The notes beneath the pieces were generated by a model, which saw only the letters and a program-made list of their open reading frames with translations, did no database searches and was not told where the DNA came from. Both the position numbers and the translations under genes were made by a program. From a virus (taxonomy: Duplodnaviria; Caudoviricetes): 64,000 nt of DNA. Below are positions 9,074 to 17,605 of the stretch, in pieces. The first letter of the stretch is position 1; every line of letters begins with the position of its first letter. The stretch lies in IMG/VR virus record IMGVR_UViG_3300027766_000001. The stretch is one strand, 5' to 3'.

Positions 9074-9103
9074 GGGCGGGGTGTAAACTCCCCCGCCTCT
9101 TTT
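9074..9103 (+). terminator. intrinsic terminator
   Basis: GGCGGGG...CCCCGCC followed by TCTTTT. Confidence 0.65.
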
Positions 9104-9115
9104 CGGAGATCTTCC

Positions 9116-9805
9116 ATGTACGAGAAATATAAACACAGGCTATCGGAAGCCGAGTTTATCGATTTGGGCAGAACCATTTACGAACGGGATGGATTCTTTA
9201 ACGCGCCTTACTTTCAATACATCGTGGTAGCCTGTAACCAGCCGTCGTTTGACGCGGTGCTGTACTACCTGGCGGTGGTAAAGAAAGAAGTTCGTTTGGA
9301 GCTGATAGAACGTTACAGTAATGAATACGCACATGCTGGCGGTTATACGTTGCGTTATTACAATGGACAAACCGTGGTAAATATTCTTGGCCTCCACATG
9401 AAGGATGTCGATAATTATAACCACTACAGTGCTGACTCTTTCTTCGACGTTCTAGCGCATGAAATCCAACATCTGCTAATCGCATACTACCAGCGGTTTA
9501 ACATCAACCCGGTGTTGGAAGAAGAACCGCATGCGTATATGTCTGGTCTGCTGATGAGAAAGATCCTGCGTATTGTGCGTGCCAACTACGCCGCTGGGTT
9601 TATTCACGTGCCGAACAAGGTGTACGGTTGTGTGGATGGTTTGGGTTTGTTGCCGACCGCTATGCAACCCAGTGTCTTAACTGTATTGTCAGGGACTGTC
9701 AATCAGATGATGACGAACTCAAGTGGGTTAGTAGGGTACCAAAAAGGTATCTGGCAAGCCACCACATACTTCTCAGGGGGTGAATATGTCGAACGCACTC
9801 GTTGA
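9116..9805 (+). CDS. putative zincin-type metallopeptidase
   Basis: LAHEIQH (HExxH) followed by EEEPHAY as a candidate third Zn ligand. Confidence 0.55.
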   Translation: MYEKYKHRLSEAEFIDLGRTIYERDGFFNAPYFQYIVVACNQPSFDAVLYYLAVVKKEVRLELIERYSNEYAHAGGYTLRYYNGQTVVNILGLHMKDVDNYNHYSADSFFDVLAHEIQHLLIAYYQRFNINPVLEEEPHAYMSGLLMRKILRIVRANYAAGFIHVPNKVYGCVDGLGLLPTAMQPSVLTVLSGTVNQMMTNSSGLVGYQKGIWQATTYFSGGEYVERTR

Positions 9806-10439
9806 GCGTGGGCAACAGGTGATGGATGAGTTTGCACTCAATTGTGCGCCTTTTACTTACCAGGCGTATCTGGTGTTTAACGAACCTGACCTGTTGGCGC
9901 TGAAATCGTATCTGGAAACACTTATCTTACATGACGGTGCGGGGTGGGAAACCTTTAAAGATCTGGATCGCAATTTTGATCTGCTGCATCTTAAAAATGC
10001 TGCAGGCAACAGAGCATTGTCCATCATCTACATGCCGGTGTTTAAGTTCCAGCAACTGGGTACGAACTTCCTGGCGGTGTATCGACGCATAGCGTTACAC
10101 ATCTCTGAGATTGTGTTCAGTGCCGCAGACCTGGCTGGTTATGGTTTAGATAAAAGCCGGGATATGTTTAATCACCTGGTGGGTAACCTGGCCTCGGGTG
10201 CGCTGGTGATGATCGGCCGATACATCGGGGGTAATGTTTGCGCTACGTCAGATGAAGCACGTTTCCTGGACCAGAACCTCACTCGTGAACAATGGTACTA
10301 TGTGGATCGTCTGACACCGACAGCACTGTCTACAGTGGCTCGTGAGCACTTCATGACCGTTACCAATGGACAGGCGTATATCGACTCAAACGGCAATTGG
10401 TTTGCCAAAACTTACTTCCATGACAAACAGCCAGGGTAA
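9786..10439 (+). CDS. hypothetical protein, probable paralog of 9116..9805 lacking HExxH
   Basis: AGGGGG RBS; similar length and N-terminal pattern (NAPYFQY vs CAPFTYQ); both have TYF near the C-terminus. Confidence 0.6.
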   Translation: MSNALVERGQQVMDEFALNCAPFTYQAYLVFNEPDLLALKSYLETLILHDGAGWETFKDLDRNFDLLHLKNAAGNRALSIIYMPVFKFQQLGTNFLAVYRRIALHISEIVFSAADLAGYGLDKSRDMFNHLVGNLASGALVMIGRYIGGNVCATSDEARFLDQNLTREQWYYVDRLTPTALSTVAREHFMTVTNGQAYIDSNGNWFAKTYFHDKQPG

Positions 10440-10453
10440 CCTGGCTTTTATGC
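10429..10453 (+). terminator. hairpin plus TTTTATGC
   Basis: AGCCAGG-gtaa-CCTGGCT-TTTATGC. Confidence 0.7.
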
Positions 10454-10472
10454 TGATTAAAAGGAAACTTGT

Positions 10473-11177
10473 ATGGGTACTTATTACGGCGTTAACATTC
10501 GTCTTAAATTGAAGAAGGATGCACCAACAGCTGTTCAGCAGTTCATGGACAAGGCGTTGATCGAAGCAGAACTCGAACAGGCGTTGACGGAATTAGCGTT
10601 TCAACCTGTCGATGAAACACATGCGGTGAAGATCGCTAATCTTCGTCAGCATGACGAACTGGGCAATCTGTGCAGTATGATTTGTCAGCGTTCTACGCAT
10701 TTCAGTACTTGGTGCTGGAACGTTAAAGAAGACCGCGGTGATCATTGGTTGTATGAAACGCGTGGTGGTTGCAGTAGCCGCCGTATCGACAAAGTGTTAT
10801 TAATGATGCTGGTTGCGGTACTGGCGCCGTATCTTGATACGGGTGACGATGATATCCTGGCACGTATTCTGGGTGAAGAAGACGTTGAGGAAGACGTGCT
10901 GGTGATCGACCCCACTGGTCGTGAAGCTAATTGGTTTGACGGTTATCGTTACGAAACCCTTAGTGGTGATTTGCACGACAGCGATCACCCAGCTCAATCC
11001 TACTACTCTGGTGTTCTGTCTGATGCAGACGACACACAACCCCACACGCGTTTAATCGCTGAAGATGCCGAGTTCACACCACCGTGGAACTACAAGGCGC
11101 TCGAAGAGTTAAACCAAACTAACAAAGCTAAATGGGATGAAGAAAACGCTGCCAACTGGTGGCAATCCCTTAATTAA
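10473..11177 (+). CDS. hypothetical phage protein
   Basis: AAAGGA RBS; 234 aa, acidic. Confidence 0.7.
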   Translation: MGTYYGVNIRLKLKKDAPTAVQQFMDKALIEAELEQALTELAFQPVDETHAVKIANLRQHDELGNLCSMICQRSTHFSTWCWNVKEDRGDHWLYETRGGCSSRRIDKVLLMMLVAVLAPYLDTGDDDILARILGEEDVEEDVLVIDPTGREANWFDGYRYETLSGDLHDSDHPAQSYYSGVLSDADDTQPHTRLIAEDAEFTPPWNYKALEELNQTNKAKWDEENAANWWQSLN

Positions 11178-11189
11178 AAGAGGCAGTCA

Positions 11190-11633
11190 ATGAGTCGTTA
11201 TTATAAGAAGTCAGACAGCAGCTATGGTGGCGAATGGCAGACGGGTGCGATTGTTCGTGACGTGTGTATTTTGTTCGTGGTGTTTATCGTGTTGTCTATG
11301 GCAGGTTGTCCGTATTACCGTGTGTGGGATCAGCAACAAACTGGTAAAGCCGCGTTAGCACGTGCCGTACAAGATCGTCAGATCTCAATCGAAGATGCAC
11401 GTGCTAAGAAAGAAGCGGCTAAGATGTTGGCTGATGCAGAAATTGAACGGGCTAAAGGCGTGGCGGAAGCTAACCGTATCATTGGTAACTCGTTGAAAGG
11501 TAATGACTCGTATCTACACTACCTCTGGTTGGATTCACTGAAAGACACCAAGAACCAGGTGATCTATGTACCGACCGAAGCCAACATGCCTATCATGGAA
11601 GCCGGGCGGATGGTTGAGACTCCAAACAAGTAG
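11190..11633 (+). CDS. single-pass membrane protein with SPFH/band-7-like coiled coil
   Basis: TM helix VCILFVVFIVLSMAG; Ala/Glu-rich coil EIERAKGVAEANRIIG; YLHYLWLDSL tail. Confidence 0.6.
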   Translation: MSRYYKKSDSSYGGEWQTGAIVRDVCILFVVFIVLSMAGCPYYRVWDQQQTGKAALARAVQDRQISIEDARAKKEAAKMLADAEIERAKGVAEANRIIGNSLKGNDSYLHYLWLDSLKDTKNQVIYVPTEANMPIMEAGRMVETPNK

Positions 11634-11636
11634 AAA

Positions 11637-11653
11637 CCTACATTACTACCGTG
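11637..11653 (+). promoter_or_regulatory. early promoter
   Basis: CCTACATTAC-tacc-GTG. Confidence 0.65.
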
Positions 11654-11730
11654 TAGCCTAGTAAAACCGTACATGGTGGACGCATGCTATACGTAGTAAT
11701 GATCAATACCCCTAAAGTTCAGGAGGACAC

Positions 11731-12363
11731 ATGTTCATTCCAGGCGGTTATGATGCCATGGACGCCGTCCTAGGTCATCGACCACAGGAAAGCACGTTGC
11801 AGTATTTTGATAACCAATATCAGAATATGATGGTGGCGGCACAGCAGGTCGGTAACTCGGCATTGCAGCAGATTTACCAGATCGCACAGCAGACGTATAA
11901 CTACGTGATGGATACCCGTCCGTGGGAGATTGCAGAAGCGCTGACTCGCCAAGCTACACACATGTTTAACCCGAACGCAATTCGCAGCTTAGCAACACTG
12001 GCGGATCTGCAAACGGCGAAGCCTGTGATGCAACGCTGGATCATGGCGAACCCAGAAGTGCGTGAGATGTATCACAACAGCCAGATCGACGGCTACTCAG
12101 CCACGTATGAAGATGCACAACCGGGTATGATCGGTGTGAATCATTACGACTGGCGTTTGGCTACGACTGGCATGGTGGAACACAACGTGGTCGACGATCA
12201 ACCAAGCTGGGCTTCAACCACGTACGTGGAAGAACTCATCGAAGGCGATACTGCACTGTCGTTCCAAGACAAGTGCGATATCAAGATCAGTTGGGCCGCG
12301 TGTCAGCATTTCATGCAGACGCAGCAGTACGATCCAACGTCGGTGTGGAACAACAAACTGTAA
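11731..12363 (+). CDS. conserved chimallivirus protein (phiKZ gp59-like)
   Basis: AGGAGG RBS; QRWIMANP, IDGYSATY and YDPTS motifs; position between gp55-like and gp62-like genes. Confidence 0.65.
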   Translation: MFIPGGYDAMDAVLGHRPQESTLQYFDNQYQNMMVAAQQVGNSALQQIYQIAQQTYNYVMDTRPWEIAEALTRQATHMFNPNAIRSLATLADLQTAKPVMQRWIMANPEVREMYHNSQIDGYSATYEDAQPGMIGVNHYDWRLATTGMVEHNVVDDQPSWASTTYVEELIEGDTALSFQDKCDIKISWAACQHFMQTQQYDPTSVWNNKL

Positions 12364-12369
12364 TAAAGA

Positions 12370-12399
12370 AGCCTGGGGTAACACCCAGGCTGTTATGAC
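12370..12399 (+). terminator. hairpin plus variant TTATGACG
   Basis: AGCCTGGG...CCCAGGCT-GTTATGACG. Confidence 0.6.
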
Positions 12400-12417
12400 G
12401 ATCAGAGGTGACTTAAC

Positions 12418-12606
12418 ATGTTTGCAGGCTATGAGCAATTCAACGAGATCTTTGCTGATAAGAAGCAAGAACCCAAGACTCCGCAATACACGCAGGAGCA
12501 TCCTTTATACACCTATGGTTCTGGTACAACCGTAGTGAATGGACAAACGCTGTATACCGCTGGCTCACAACCCCTTCCGAAAGACCAACAACTTTACTCG
12601 TATTAA
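12418..12606 (+). CDS. small hypothetical protein
   Basis: GAGGTG RBS; 62 aa. Confidence 0.65.
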   Translation: MFAGYEQFNEIFADKKQEPKTPQYTQEHPLYTYGSGTTVVNGQTLYTAGSQPLPKDQQLYSY

Positions 12607-12617
12607 GGATAGCTGTC

Positions 12618-12875
12618 ATGAAAGAGCTTATTGAAACCAAACCGCTGGACTCTGCTTGCAGCGATGTTCAGAAGTTAGGTCGTTTGAATCGTCCAAGTGA
12701 AGTAGACCCAGTCATCATGGAAGTAGGTAATTACCTCGCCACTCCACGTGCCATGGGTCCTGGCCCGCAGAACATGCGTGAGGGCCGTGAACTCAAAGAG
12801 CTGCTTGGCAAAGACAAGTGCTGCAATTGCGGTAACAACTGCGCCAGTAAAAAGGACCGCAGCAATGAAGCGTGA
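12618..12875 (+). CDS. small hypothetical protein with C-terminal Cys cluster
   Basis: AAGGA RBS; KCCNCGNNC. Confidence 0.65.
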   Translation: MKELIETKPLDSACSDVQKLGRLNRPSEVDPVIMEVGNYLATPRAMGPGPQNMREGRELKELLGKDKCCNCGNNCASKKDRSNEA

Positions 12876-13032
12876 GTTTCAGGATCAATCTGCTATGGGT
12901 GCAATACTGGCCGAAGATGAAACCGTCATCGATCTTAAACGCCCTGAGCCGCGCATCATCTATCATAAACCTGTCAACGGAGTAGACGTCCATGAGATTC
13001 CCTGGCCGCCGAAAGTACAAGCGCAAAAGTAA
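12865..13032 (+). CDS. small hypothetical protein (55 aa)
   Basis: AAAGGA RBS before ATG 12865; overlaps the upstream stop. Confidence 0.55.
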   Translation: MKREFQDQSAMGAILAEDETVIDLKRPEPRIIYHKPVNGVDVHEIPWPPKVQAQK

Positions 13033-13306
13033 GTGGGGGACCGGGCCGACGTTGTGTATACCGCCTGACCCGGCGCTGGACAATTTGCTGGCTTCATGGG
13101 GTGATCAATGTCTGGGTCGTGTTGATCCTGGTTTAATACCGGGTTCAATGATCGGTGAACTCAAGCGTGGTGATATGTGTAAGATGGGTGCATTAGAAGG
13201 TGGCCCGCTTCTGGCATCTGCCGCACGTAGTCAGTTGTTGCGCGCTCATGTCCAGATGCTTTCTGGGGGCACAGAGAAGACCGGTTTCGAGCACAAGGAG
13301 CAATAA
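12992..13306 (+). CDS. hypothetical protein with basic N-terminus
   Basis: GGAG RBS; TAATG coupling to the next gene. Confidence 0.5.
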   Translation: MRFPGRRKYKRKSKWGTGPTLCIPPDPALDNLLASWGDQCLGRVDPGLIPGSMIGELKRGDMCKMGALEGGPLLASAARSQLLRAHVQMLSGGTEKTGFEHKEQ

Positions 13307-13572
13307 TGTCAACGTCCTTCACGATCAGGCACTATGCTCGCAAACACCGTAGTTGGCGCCATCCGTTATACCACGGTAATGTGTGCGAAGAGCTGTATCA
13401 CCAGATCGCTGAACTCAAGGTTATTCGTCATCACTACGCCTTGCTCCTTAAAACGAACAAGTCTAGTTATAACCGTAATATGTTTGACGCGCTCTGTGTT
13501 AAGATCAAAGACCTGCGTGACCAGTATCATGTCGCGTATCGGGAATCTGATCCTCATCGTAAACCATCATAA
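13306..13572 (+). CDS. hypothetical protein
   Basis: AAGGAG RBS; coupled to the upstream stop; followed by a terminator. Confidence 0.7.
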   Translation: MSTSFTIRHYARKHRSWRHPLYHGNVCEELYHQIAELKVIRHHYALLLKTNKSSYNRNMFDALCVKIKDLRDQYHVAYRESDPHRKPS

Positions 13573-13573
13573 C

Positions 13574-13625
13574 AGGCAGGGGTTTCGACCCCTGCCTTTA
13601 TGCCGTTTCTTTTCTTTTATTTTTA
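13574..13625 (+). terminator. hairpin plus TTATGCCG plus T-tract
   Basis: AGGCAGGGG-tttcga-CCCCTGCCT-TTATGCCG. Confidence 0.85.
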
Positions 13626-13644
13626 AGTTGCAGAAAATCTCAGA

Positions 13645-13661
13645 CCTATATGACTGAGGTG
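13645..13661 (+). promoter_or_regulatory. early promoter variant
   Basis: CCTATATGAC-tgag-GTG, one mismatch to the CCTAYATTAC consensus. Confidence 0.5.
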
Positions 13662-13724
13662 TATAAGAGCAATAAGCTCTGCACATAACCCATTCTTCTG
13701 ATCAATCCAATTAAGGAATTCACT

Positions 13725-13982
13725 ATGAACACCACTGAACTGAACAACGCAACTGTAAACGTAACTGGCCAGGTTGAAGTCGTAGCGGTATCTGCAGCGA
13801 CCAAGAAGCTGAAGAAGATCGCCCTGTTCTCAGTTGGCGCAGCAGCAGCCGGCGTCATCGCTTACCACGGCTACAAGCTGTTCAAGAAAACCCGCGTCGT
13901 TGTCGAAGTAGTCGCTGATCCAACTGTAGACAACGCATCTGAAACTGAAGCAGCGGCGCCAGCAGAAACTGCGCAAGCTTAA
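13725..13982 (+). CDS. small single-pass membrane protein
   Basis: AAGGA RBS; KKLKK-IALFSVGAAAAGVIAY-HGYKLFKK TM segment; host-optimal codons. Confidence 0.75.
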   Translation: MNTTELNNATVNVTGQVEVVAVSAATKKLKKIALFSVGAAAAGVIAYHGYKLFKKTRVVVEVVADPTVDNASETEAAAPAETAQA

Positions 13983-14052
13983 CTTCCTGTTGGCCTCTGC
14001 GGAGGCCTTCCTTTGTATCACCCGTATCACCTTAACCTGTTGGAGTAACACC

Positions 14053-14508
14053 ATGGAATTCTTCGATCGCAACTTCTGGTCCGTCATGACCCTTATGGCT
14101 CTGTTCTGCACCGCCTACGGCGCCTTCATGTACAGCACCACAAACACCCACGCTCACCGTGCTGCTTTAGCATGGATCAGCAAAGAACTCAGCCTGGTCG
14201 ATTACAACTACCAAGCTAACCTGCGTGCCTGCCTGCGTAATCTCGATAAAGACTTGAACTTCTGTCAGTCTGAGAACTTCCTGGCTAACATGCGCAACAA
14301 AGTTAAGCTTATTAACGATGCAGAAGCGGATCTGTTAACCAGCCGTCAGCAGTTGTCTTTACTGGATACTTTATTAGGTACCCACACCAAACAACACCAC
14401 GTACGTAAAATCACTAAGACACGTACCGTACGTGACATCGTTAATATTGCTACCCAACACATGTCTGGCGGTGACCCACGTGTCGCCATCAGTGCACTGT
14501 TTAGTTGA
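14053..14508 (+). CDS. membrane-anchored coiled-coil protein
   Basis: GGAG RBS before ATG 14053; N-terminal TM segment FWSVMTLMALFCTAYGAFMY. Confidence 0.7.
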   Translation: MEFFDRNFWSVMTLMALFCTAYGAFMYSTTNTHAHRAALAWISKELSLVDYNYQANLRACLRNLDKDLNFCQSENFLANMRNKVKLINDAEADLLTSRQQLSLLDTLLGTHTKQHHVRKITKTRTVRDIVNIATQHMSGGDPRVAISALFS

Positions 14509-14535
14509 GGTGGTCATTGCCCGCGCATGCGGGCA

Positions 14536-14569
14536 AGCCCAGCTGTTCCCCTGGGCTCTTTTTTTTTTT
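14536..14569 (+). terminator. intrinsic terminator
   Basis: AGCCCAG...CTGGGCT followed by a long T run. Confidence 0.8.
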
Positions 14570-14612
14570 GTTGATTTATCTCTATGTAGACACGGATAAA
14601 TCAGGAACCATT

Positions 14613-15014
14613 ATGACTCCACAAAAGGTAGTGCCCACGATGTCTGTGGATGGTTGGGTGGTGGGCGTCAAACAGCGCATTGACCGCTTGTTTGCTTATT
14701 GGCTGGCTAACCAAAAATCACAGTCGTATCTGACCGATAGTATCATCTCGTTTCAGTACGATGTGCAGCAATGGGGTGAGAACCCGGATCAGCTGGCCAT
14801 TATCTCCGGTAAGAATCTGGAGAATTACCTGGCCGCCCATTTTGATCAGGTCACGGTTGTTGTTACGGTGAAATACCCGAATGGTGATGGTGTGCCGCCG
14901 TATCACTTGGAGTTCGATGTCAAGCTGGCCGAGAAAGGTGTCGGTTACAATGTTGGTCGAACGTTGATTGAAATCAAAGACGGAACCTTCTTCCGCATAA
15001 TCGAGACTCAGTAA
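14613..15014 (+). CDS. conserved protein (phiKZ gp62-like), possibly T4 gp25-like baseplate/sheath initiator
   Basis: AGGA RBS before ATG 14613; TATG late-type motif at 14583; 133 aa with an alpha-alpha-beta-beta pattern; the fold call is inference. Confidence 0.5.
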   Translation: MTPQKVVPTMSVDGWVVGVKQRIDRLFAYWLANQKSQSYLTDSIISFQYDVQQWGENPDQLAIISGKNLENYLAAHFDQVTVVVTVKYPNGDGVPPYHLEFDVKLAEKGVGYNVGRTLIEIKDGTFFRIIETQ

Positions 15015-15015
15015 G

Positions 15016-15639
15016 ATGGACGAGACACATCCAGATTGGGCTAACTACCAGCGTGGTGTTAGCGGTGAAAGAAAAGTAGCACGTGACTTTTCACGTGTCA
15101 CCAACCCACAGCTGCAAGAATCCGTTTTCCGTAGCGTGTTCTTGCCAATGTTTGTCGGCGGTGGTGAATTCATGAACCGGGATGCCTGGCGTGCAGTAGC
15201 CGGCAGTATGTTAAATGAGGTGGATATCTTCTCAGGTCACGAGTACCTGTTTACGGTGCCGCCGGTTGACCTGGAAGTGACTTCTGCGGTTTCAGCCCGT
15301 GGTCCGGATGGTTCCATGGGAAACACCTTAACCGGTGCGCTGTTAAACGCAGCAGAAGAAGCCAGTGGGTACGAAGCACAGATGCTGGTTAATAGCCAGA
15401 TTGCGCAAGCGCCCTCCATGGTTGTGGATAAGCGTGAAGAATACATGGCACGTTGGGACGCGATCTTTAAACGCTACGGTATCGACTACAAAGAAGTGCG
15501 TCGTGAAGTGGCTATCGCGAAATACGGTGCGGCTGCAGTAGTTGGTGTAAAAGATGACATAGTCGATTCATCTTCTAAGAAGATAGATGAAGGAATTGAG
15601 TTCGATGACTCCGACGACGATGACATCCAAAGTTACTGA
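15016..15639 (+). CDS. conserved chimallivirus hypothetical protein with acidic tail
   Basis: FLPMF, W..VAG...NEVD and F.VPP pattern; core position upstream of the SbcD-like gene. Confidence 0.65.
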   Translation: MDETHPDWANYQRGVSGERKVARDFSRVTNPQLQESVFRSVFLPMFVGGGEFMNRDAWRAVAGSMLNEVDIFSGHEYLFTVPPVDLEVTSAVSARGPDGSMGNTLTGALLNAAEEASGYEAQMLVNSQIAQAPSMVVDKREEYMARWDAIFKRYGIDYKEVRREVAIAKYGAAAVVGVKDDIVDSSSKKIDEGIEFDDSDDDDIQSY

Positions 15640-16780
15640 GTTAAGTAAACTCGTAACGAAAAATCCAAACCGTATCCGTATTCTCCAAACCGGAGATATC
15701 CATCTGTGTCACCGTCGCACACCCACCTCTAACATTCTGCGTACCTTGAACTACATGTTCTTTGAGAACGAGTCGTTAAAAGACGTGGATCTGGTTATTC
15801 TGGCAGGGGATGTGTGGGATGCGCTGACCTCGCAGTCACATGCCGATGCAGAACTGTCGCGTCAGTGGATTCGCTTGTTTGTTGAGGCGTGTTCACAAAA
15901 CGATGTGATCCTGCGTGTGATGGAAGGCACACCCGATCACGACCGTAACCAGTCACGTGAGTTTATCTTGCACCAGACTGGGTGTGACGTGAAGTACATC
16001 GAAACGCTGTGTATTGAACGCATTGAACGACTTGGGTTGGATATCCTTTATATCCCGGATGAGATTCGTATTAACCACGAAGAGATCTGGAAAGCCACCT
16101 GTGAAGTGATGGCAGAGGCAAACCTGACGCAAGTCGATTTAGCAATCATGCACGGTGCGTTTGATTTCCACTTCCCGCCAGGGATGAACATTCCGGCACA
16201 TGACACGTCACGGTACAGTGGTTTGGTTAAACATGCGGTGTTGGTTAACCACATCCATAAAGCAGCCCACAAGGAAAAGGTCTGGGGTCCAGGCTCACCG
16301 GATCGTTTAGCCCATAATGAAGAAGGGCCAAAGGGGTATCACCGCATCACACTGTGCTATCCAGATGATCGGATGGAATTGCAGTGGGTGGAAAACCCGT
16401 TTGCTTGGACCTATCGGGCGATCAACGTTCGCGGTAAAGAACTGGATGAAATCATTCAGGTAGCCAAACTCACTGCTGCGGGTATTCCGCCTGGTTCATG
16501 GGTGCGGTTAGACTTTGGTGACCCAACCGTGATGTCTGGTGCGCTGCACATGCTGCGTCAGGAGTTTCCCCATGTCCAGTGGGAAATCAAGAACGAGAAG
16601 AAGAAAGGTGTGGTGGCTGATAAAACCATCTACAAGCAAGAGCGTTACACCGGTGTGCAAATCACCCGTGACAACGTCCACAACGTCATTACCTCCTGGC
16701 TGCGTAACAAACAACTGTTAGGTGATCACCAGGAGCCGATGTTGGCAAGCTTGCTCAGCACAGCTAACGAGGGGTTGTAA
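15605..16780 (+). CDS. sbcD: SbcD/Mre11-like metallophosphoesterase nuclease (phiKZ gp65-like)
   Basis: GDIH, LAGDVWD, GTPDHD, MHG and NHIH calcineurin-like motifs; start uncertain (15587, 15605 or 15620). Confidence 0.85.
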   Translation: MTPTTMTSKVTELSKLVTKNPNRIRILQTGDIHLCHRRTPTSNILRTLNYMFFENESLKDVDLVILAGDVWDALTSQSHADAELSRQWIRLFVEACSQNDVILRVMEGTPDHDRNQSREFILHQTGCDVKYIETLCIERIERLGLDILYIPDEIRINHEEIWKATCEVMAEANLTQVDLAIMHGAFDFHFPPGMNIPAHDTSRYSGLVKHAVLVNHIHKAAHKEKVWGPGSPDRLAHNEEGPKGYHRITLCYPDDRMELQWVENPFAWTYRAINVRGKELDEIIQVAKLTAAGIPPGSWVRLDFGDPTVMSGALHMLRQEFPHVQWEIKNEKKKGVVADKTIYKQERYTGVQITRDNVHNVITSWLRNKQLLGDHQEPMLASLLSTANEGL

Positions 16781-16781
16781 C

Positions 16782-17582
16782 ATGGAACAGCGTACCATTG
16801 GGATGTTACCTATCTCGGTAGGTACGTCGTTAGCGTTTGAGTCGTTGATTGCCAATCCCAAGCACCAGATCGACAACCTGATGTTGAATGTCTCGACGAT
16901 CTTTCGTAATGTGTTTCAAGCGTACGACACCAATGTGCGCAACACCATTAAGGCAGATCAGCTGTATCAGGACATGATCCAGGACTTAGGTGGGATTCAT
17001 GAGGTGTTGGGTCGGATCAGTAAAAACAAGACCCCTAACATGATTGCCTACTACTGCAGTTATGCGGGATTGGCGAAACGGTTTAAACATGCCAAGATCT
17101 GGACACCGCACAAACCCATTCAGTTAGCGTACGCACAAGTCGAAGACGAAGTTGTCAAACGCTTGTTATCGCAGCTGCGTGGGCACGTACGTTTGTGTGA
17201 TCACACGATCCCCAATGGTCTACGTAATACCTATGTGGTGACCAACCACATTGTGGATCTGGTTGTGCCTAACGGGTACGGTGAGATTACGTTAATCGAA
17301 TCACACACCGCAGCCTTGAAGGAAAAAGACCAGTGGTACACGAAACTTACGGGCGGTAGTAAATTTGAACGGATTCCATTTAATCCTTTGACATTACAGG
17401 TCTTTGGTGACAATTCGACGAACTTCAAATCTAACGACTTTAAATACAAAGCGATTATCCATGAGCTGGCCGAGAAATACAAGTGGACACCTATGACCAC
17501 GGTAGAGCGTGTCAAGCTGGGTATCGCGAGTGTGCAGGATGAAGACCTGCGCGAACAACTTTCACAGATGCTAAATGCATAA
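16782..17582 (+). CDS. divergent 5'-3' (FEN/PolA 5' nuclease-like) protein (phiKZ gp66-like)
   Basis: GAGGGG RBS; LQVFGDNSTN resembles the H3TH LxGDxSDN motif; VVTNHIVDL resembles IVTxDxDL. Confidence 0.5.
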   Translation: MEQRTIGMLPISVGTSLAFESLIANPKHQIDNLMLNVSTIFRNVFQAYDTNVRNTIKADQLYQDMIQDLGGIHEVLGRISKNKTPNMIAYYCSYAGLAKRFKHAKIWTPHKPIQLAYAQVEDEVVKRLLSQLRGHVRLCDHTIPNGLRNTYVVTNHIVDLVVPNGYGEITLIESHTAALKEKDQWYTKLTGGSKFERIPFNPLTLQVFGDNSTNFKSNDFKYKAIIHELAEKYKWTPMTTVERVKLGIASVQDEDLREQLSQMLNA

Positions 17583-17605
17583 CGCCATTAACAGGAGCAC
17601 TACCC

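Noticed and set aside
14505-14612. N-terminal extension of the gp62-like ORF and a T-run as a possible slippage site
   Set aside because: The T-run is the tail of a terminator hairpin; the real start is ATG 14613 with an RBS
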